A stretch of DNA of 30,967 bases. It comes from Candidatus Sulfobium sp. GTDB taxonomy: Bacteria > Nitrospirota > Thermodesulfovibrionia > Thermodesulfovibrionales > UBA6898. The translations under genes were made by a program, and so were the position numbers. The notes below the pieces were generated by a model that was not told where the DNA came from, made no database searches, and saw nothing but the letters and a program-made list of their open reading frames with translations. Shown piece after piece: positions 27,423 through 30,967 of the stretch (positions within the stretch are counted from its first letter, which is position 1; each line of letters starts with the position of its first letter). The DNA lies in assembly GCA_037380845.1 (NCBI GenBank), contig JARRRI010000052.1:1-30967 (forward strand). The letters run 5' to 3'.

Positions 27423-28208
27423 ATGGGCAGAAAGGGCATAGCAGGGGAGATAGTCCACTGGAGCAGGGACGAATACGGGGAAGTCGCCGTAGCCGATGAC
27501 GACGGCGTGAGATCTCTTTACTTCGGCGGCGTCCTGCAGACCAGCATCGCTCTCGACCAGCCGGGCACTCTTATCGAAGATTACAGCCGGGCGATGATGA
27601 GCTCCCTCATATTCATGAATAATCCGCGGTCGGTCCTCCTGATCGGTCTCGGCGGCGGTTCACTGGTCCACTTCCTCCTAAGGGCCTTCCCTGGCTGCCG
27701 GGTAGAGGTAGTAGAAATCAGAAAGCGGGTCATAGACGTGGCCCGTGATTTCTTTCTCCTGCCGGCTCAGGACCCCAACCTCGGAATATTCCTTGCATCG
27801 GGAGAAGACTTCATCCTGAACCGGACCAACCGGGGCGTGGATTATGACCTGATCATGGTCGATGCGTTCGACGAAGAAGGTCCCGCAATCCCCCTTCTGG
27901 GGAAGGATTTTCTCGGCATGTGCCGGGCAGGACTGACGCAAGAAGGCCTGCTGGTGATGAACCTCTGGTGCAGGCCGAAAGACGATTTTCCCTCGGTCTA
28001 CGAAGTCCTGCGGCAGGCCTTCGGGAACAACACCCTCAGGCTCCTGCCCGGAGAAGCTTACTGGAACGGCATCGTCCTGGGCTCCAAAAACCATGACGTC
28101 TTCCTGGACCTGCTGTCCTACCGGCCGGCCGCCGGGGAACTGCGGATGAAATACGGGATAGACTTCCCGAAGTATCTGAAGCTTCTCTACTGGCAGAATT
28201 TCCGATAG
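27423..28208 (+). CDS. Spermidine-synthase-like SAM-dependent methyltransferase
   Basis: RSLYFG...Q, VLLIGLGGGSL, VVEI and YDLIMVDAFD motifs; start at ATG 27423; 261 aa. Confidence 0.8.
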   Translation: MGRKGIAGEIVHWSRDEYGEVAVADDDGVRSLYFGGVLQTSIALDQPGTLIEDYSRAMMSSLIFMNNPRSVLLIGLGGGSLVHFLLRAFPGCRVEVVEIRKRVIDVARDFFLLPAQDPNLGIFLASGEDFILNRTNRGVDYDLIMVDAFDEEGPAIPLLGKDFLGMCRAGLTQEGLLVMNLWCRPKDDFPSVYEVLRQAFGNNTLRLLPGEAYWNGIVLGSKNHDVFLDLLSYRPAAGELRMKYGIDFPKYLKLLYWQNFR

Positions 28209-28387
28209 GCTGCAGGGCGGTTTTGAAAAGAGAGATTAACCACTGAGACACGGGGAAAAAGGCCCGCACTGTTGTTTATACTGAAGTCTCTCCCTGTATC
28301 CGTGGGAAAATTCGCTTCGTTTTCCGGTCCCCGCCCGGGCGGGGTAAACTTTAAGAAGTCCACGTTTCTTCTCAGAAGGAGGACGCC

Positions 28388-28864
28388 ATCGATATTGCGC
28401 TTATGATTCTGGGGGGGCTGTGCATTGCCGCGGGCATCATCGGAAGCCTGGTGCCGCTTCTCCCCGGCCCGCCGGTAAGTTATCTGGGGCTGCTGCTCAT
28501 GCATTTCACCTCGCGTCACCCTTTTACGACAGAGTTCCTCCTGATTTACGCCGTCCTGACAATCCTGGTGGTTGTCCTCGACAATCTGATCCCGGTTTAT
28601 GGCACAAAGAAATTCAGGGGGAGCTCCTATGGCACGTGGGGAAGCGCCCTGGGCCTGGTCGCGGGACTCCTGTTCTTCCCTCCTTTCGGGATCATCATCG
28701 GACCCGTCATCGGTGCCTTTCTGGGCGAACTTGTGCGCGGCGGGGGCGGGCGGCAGGCCTTACGCTCGGCGGTGGGATCTTTCATCGGATTTCTGGCGGG
28801 CACGGCGATCAAGGTAGTTCTCTCCCTGGTGATGGCCTACCACTTCATCCGCGTAGTGTTTTAA
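28388..28864 (+). CDS. DUF456 (YqgC-like) membrane protein; apparent ATC start (next in-frame ATG at 28403)
   Basis: PLLPGPP, GTKKFRGSSYG and GPVIGAFLGEL motifs with several TM helices; AAGGAGG lies 5 nt before in-frame ATC-GAT-ATT. Confidence 0.8.
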   Translation: MDIALMILGGLCIAAGIIGSLVPLLPGPPVSYLGLLLMHFTSRHPFTTEFLLIYAVLTILVVVLDNLIPVYGTKKFRGSSYGTWGSALGLVAGLLFFPPFGIIIGPVIGAFLGELVRGGGGRQALRSAVGSFIGFLAGTAIKVVLSLVMAYHFIRVVF

Positions 28865-29000
28865 ACCTTACATCTCCGTTTGACTGAGGGACGAGGTCCG
28901 GGGCAGAGGCACCGTCCTCCTCTGACCAAACGTCGGCGACCGGCCGTTTTGCGCTACTGCGCCAGGATTATTTATCATAAATAAAAAAAGGAGAGCGGGG

Positions 29001-30293
29001 ATGAAGGTCCTTTTGATATCCGAAAACAGGGCGACGACTCTTCTGGCGCCCTTCCCACTCGGGCTCGCCTTTGTTGCCTCGGGCCTGAGGCGCGCAGGGC
29101 ATGAAGTAGTTGTGCTCGACTTCATGTTCCTGGACTCGTGGCAGGAAAAACTCGGCGCTGTCCTTAATGATTTTCGGCCCGATGCCGTCGGGCTTTCGAT
29201 CCGCAACATAGACAACCAGGACATGCAAAACGCGGTCTTTTTCCTGGACGGGCATCTGGAGATCATCCGGAATATCCGCCGGCATGGCAATGTCCCTGTA
29301 GTACTCGGCGGAGCGGGATTCAATATCCATCCGGCGGCATGCCTGGATTATCTCGGCGGCAACTTCGGAATTTATGGCGAGGGAGAAGATGAATTCCCGA
29401 TGCTTCTGGATGCGCTTCCAACGGGCGTCTTTGATAAAGTCCCCGGCGCGGTATGGAGAAAAGGGTCCCGAATCGTCGTGAACCCACCTCAATATATCTC
29501 CGCCCCGGGGCAGTGGACCTCCCCCGCGTACGGAGACTTCGACGTCACCGCCTATCACGAATCGAAGTTCGAGCTGCCCGGCAGCGTTACGGTACAGAAC
29601 AAACGGGGCTGTCACATGAAATGCATTTACTGCTCGACCCCTCTGTTTGAGGGAACCGGCTGCCGTTTGCGGGACCCCGGACGGTCGGTCGATGAAATGG
29701 AGGCGCTCAACAGCAAAAATAACATCCGGCGCTTTTACGTAGTCGACAATGTCTTCAATTTCCCCCTCTCCGATGCGAAAAACTTTTGCAGGGGAATCAT
29801 CGACCGCAGACTGGACGTAAGCTGGCAGGCGATCATGAACCCCGCCTTCGGCGACGATGAACTCTTCGATTTGATGGCAAAGGCCGGATGCAGGTTCGTC
29901 AGCCTCGGCAATGAATCGGGCCATCAGATCATACTCAGGGCCCTCAGAAAAGGTTTCACGCTGGATAATGTGAGGAAGGCGGCAGGCCGTGCAAGAAAAA
30001 GCGGAATCGCCTTCGCCTGTTTCCTCCTTCTTGGCGGACCCGGGGAGACCCGTGATACCGTCATGCGGAGCGTCGAGTTCGTCGATGAACTCTCACCAGA
30101 TCTGGTCACCCTGAAGGCAGGAATCCGCGTGTACCCTGGGACGGAGCTGGAGGGCATCGCCAGGCAGGAAGGCATGATCGGAAAAGAAGACGACCTCCTC
30201 CACCCGGCCTTCTACCTGTCTCCGGCGATAGAGGAATGGGCCGGGGATTTTATGAAGGAAGCGGCCGCCGGCCGGCCGAACTGGAAAGCCTGA
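29001..30293 (+). CDS. B12-binding domain radical SAM protein
   Basis: 430 aa; N-terminal PLGLAFVA...GLSIRNID cobalamin-binding domain; CHMKCIYC (CxxxCxxC); GGPGET and RVYPGT motifs. Confidence 0.9.
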   Translation: MKVLLISENRATTLLAPFPLGLAFVASGLRRAGHEVVVLDFMFLDSWQEKLGAVLNDFRPDAVGLSIRNIDNQDMQNAVFFLDGHLEIIRNIRRHGNVPVVLGGAGFNIHPAACLDYLGGNFGIYGEGEDEFPMLLDALPTGVFDKVPGAVWRKGSRIVVNPPQYISAPGQWTSPAYGDFDVTAYHESKFELPGSVTVQNKRGCHMKCIYCSTPLFEGTGCRLRDPGRSVDEMEALNSKNNIRRFYVVDNVFNFPLSDAKNFCRGIIDRRLDVSWQAIMNPAFGDDELFDLMAKAGCRFVSLGNESGHQIILRALRKGFTLDNVRKAAGRARKSGIAFACFLLLGGPGETRDTVMRSVEFVDELSPDLVTLKAGIRVYPGTELEGIARQEGMIGKEDDLLHPAFYLSPAIEEWAGDFMKEAAAGRPNWKA

Positions 30294-30326
30294 CCACAGC
30301 GGGCACTTCCAGCGCAGGCCGGAAAG

Positions 30327-30662
30327 TCAGAAAACCTCAAGAAGTCCGGAAAAGTACAGTCCGACGATAGCGGCGACCACAAAGACAACGACAGTCATTA
30401 TCACAATAAGGGACTTTCTCCTTGCGGCTTTCGTCTTCGCAGGGGAGACAGTCGGCGGTTCAGTATCCCTCCGTCCAGAGTGCTCATCTCCTGTTTGGCT
30501 CCGGTCGGCACCGGCCCTTTCGGACATTTTGATATCGAGCAGTTCGGAGATCCTGAACTCCTTATACTCTACCTCCACTTCCTTCCGAACGGGCAGCACC
30601 TCCCCGCACCCCTCGCAAGTCTTCCCGGGGCTTGTCTCTTCTCCGCAACGCGGGCACTTCAT
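30327..30662 (-). CDS. Zinc-ribbon protein with C-terminal transmembrane helix (111 aa)
   Basis: MKCPRCG...CEGCG at the start and LIVIMTVVVFVVAAIVGLYF at the end; GAGG SD before ATG 30662. Confidence 0.7.
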   Translation of the reverse strand: MKCPRCGEETSPGKTCEGCGEVLPVRKEVEVEYKEFRISELLDIKMSERAGADRSQTGDEHSGRRDTEPPTVSPAKTKAARRKSLIVIMTVVVFVVAAIVGLYFSGLLEVF

Positions 30663-30931
30663 CTTATCCTCATCGCTCCTTCCAGTCTGACCACTTGTAT
30701 TATCACAGTCAGCCCGGTCCGCTTCATTCGTAAGCCTGCGCCGGTGAAAAAGCGACTCCCTCCGTCCTGCAGGACGAGGGCCTCGTGCCCCCCGTTTTTC
30801 TCCAAATATAACAGACCGGATTCTTCCGCTTGTATTCTGAGACACAAAATCCCTGCCTTCACCTCTCTTTTTCGCAAAAATGCAAAAGGATTTGTAGGAA
30901 TGCATAGGGTAAGTGAGAAAGAAGTGTGGAA

Positions 30932-30964
30932 AAACAAGCAGTTAGAGATGGCATGGATTCTGCA
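30932..30964 (+). promoter_or_regulatory. Candidate sigma54 (-24/-12) promoter with an adjacent IHF-like site, for a gene beyond the window
   Basis: TGGCATGGATTCTGCA (30949-30964; GG-N10-GC); AAACAAGCAGTTA (30932-30944) is 1 mismatch from WATCAANNNNTTR. Confidence 0.5.
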
Positions 30965-30967
30965 ATC

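Overview
Bacterial chromosomal window, about 55% GC by eye. Gene content and protein style suggest an anaerobic Nitrospirota (Thermodesulfovibrionia-like) or deltaproteobacterial organism; this is an inference. The left end holds the str operon on the minus strand (rpsL-rpsG-fusA-start of tuf), preceded by a PurH-like protein with only the AICAR transformylase domain. The rest is a patchwork of housekeeping and accessory genes: HD hydrolase, frameshifted DUF748, ackA, UvrD/Rep helicase, ferritin-like protein, sulfotransferase, two tandem 30-aa-repeat proteins behind a hidden start-damaged gene, icd, VOC protein, a 55-aa protein missed by the ORF track, two tandem 12-heme cytochromes c (the second broken by an apparent 16-nt deletion), THUMP, a stand-alone sigma70 region 1.1 protein, TPR, CIA30, DUF4197, PAS-like/Cys-motif protein, SRPBCC, DUF4382, DUF438, spermidine-synthase-like methyltransferase, DUF456 (apparent ATC start), B12-binding radical SAM and a zinc-ribbon membrane protein. 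I found no tRNA, rRNA, CRISPR array, transposase or integrase. The best candidates for something undescribed are (i) degenerate 7/8-nt-period tandem repeats in many intergenic spacers plus a dispersed palindromic element family, (ii) the three-gene locus with exact 30-aa beta-repeat proteins, (iii) the duplicated dodecaheme pair and (iv) the free sigma region 1.1 protein. All family assignments come from motif recognition, not database searches. Several lesions may be sequencing or assembly errors.
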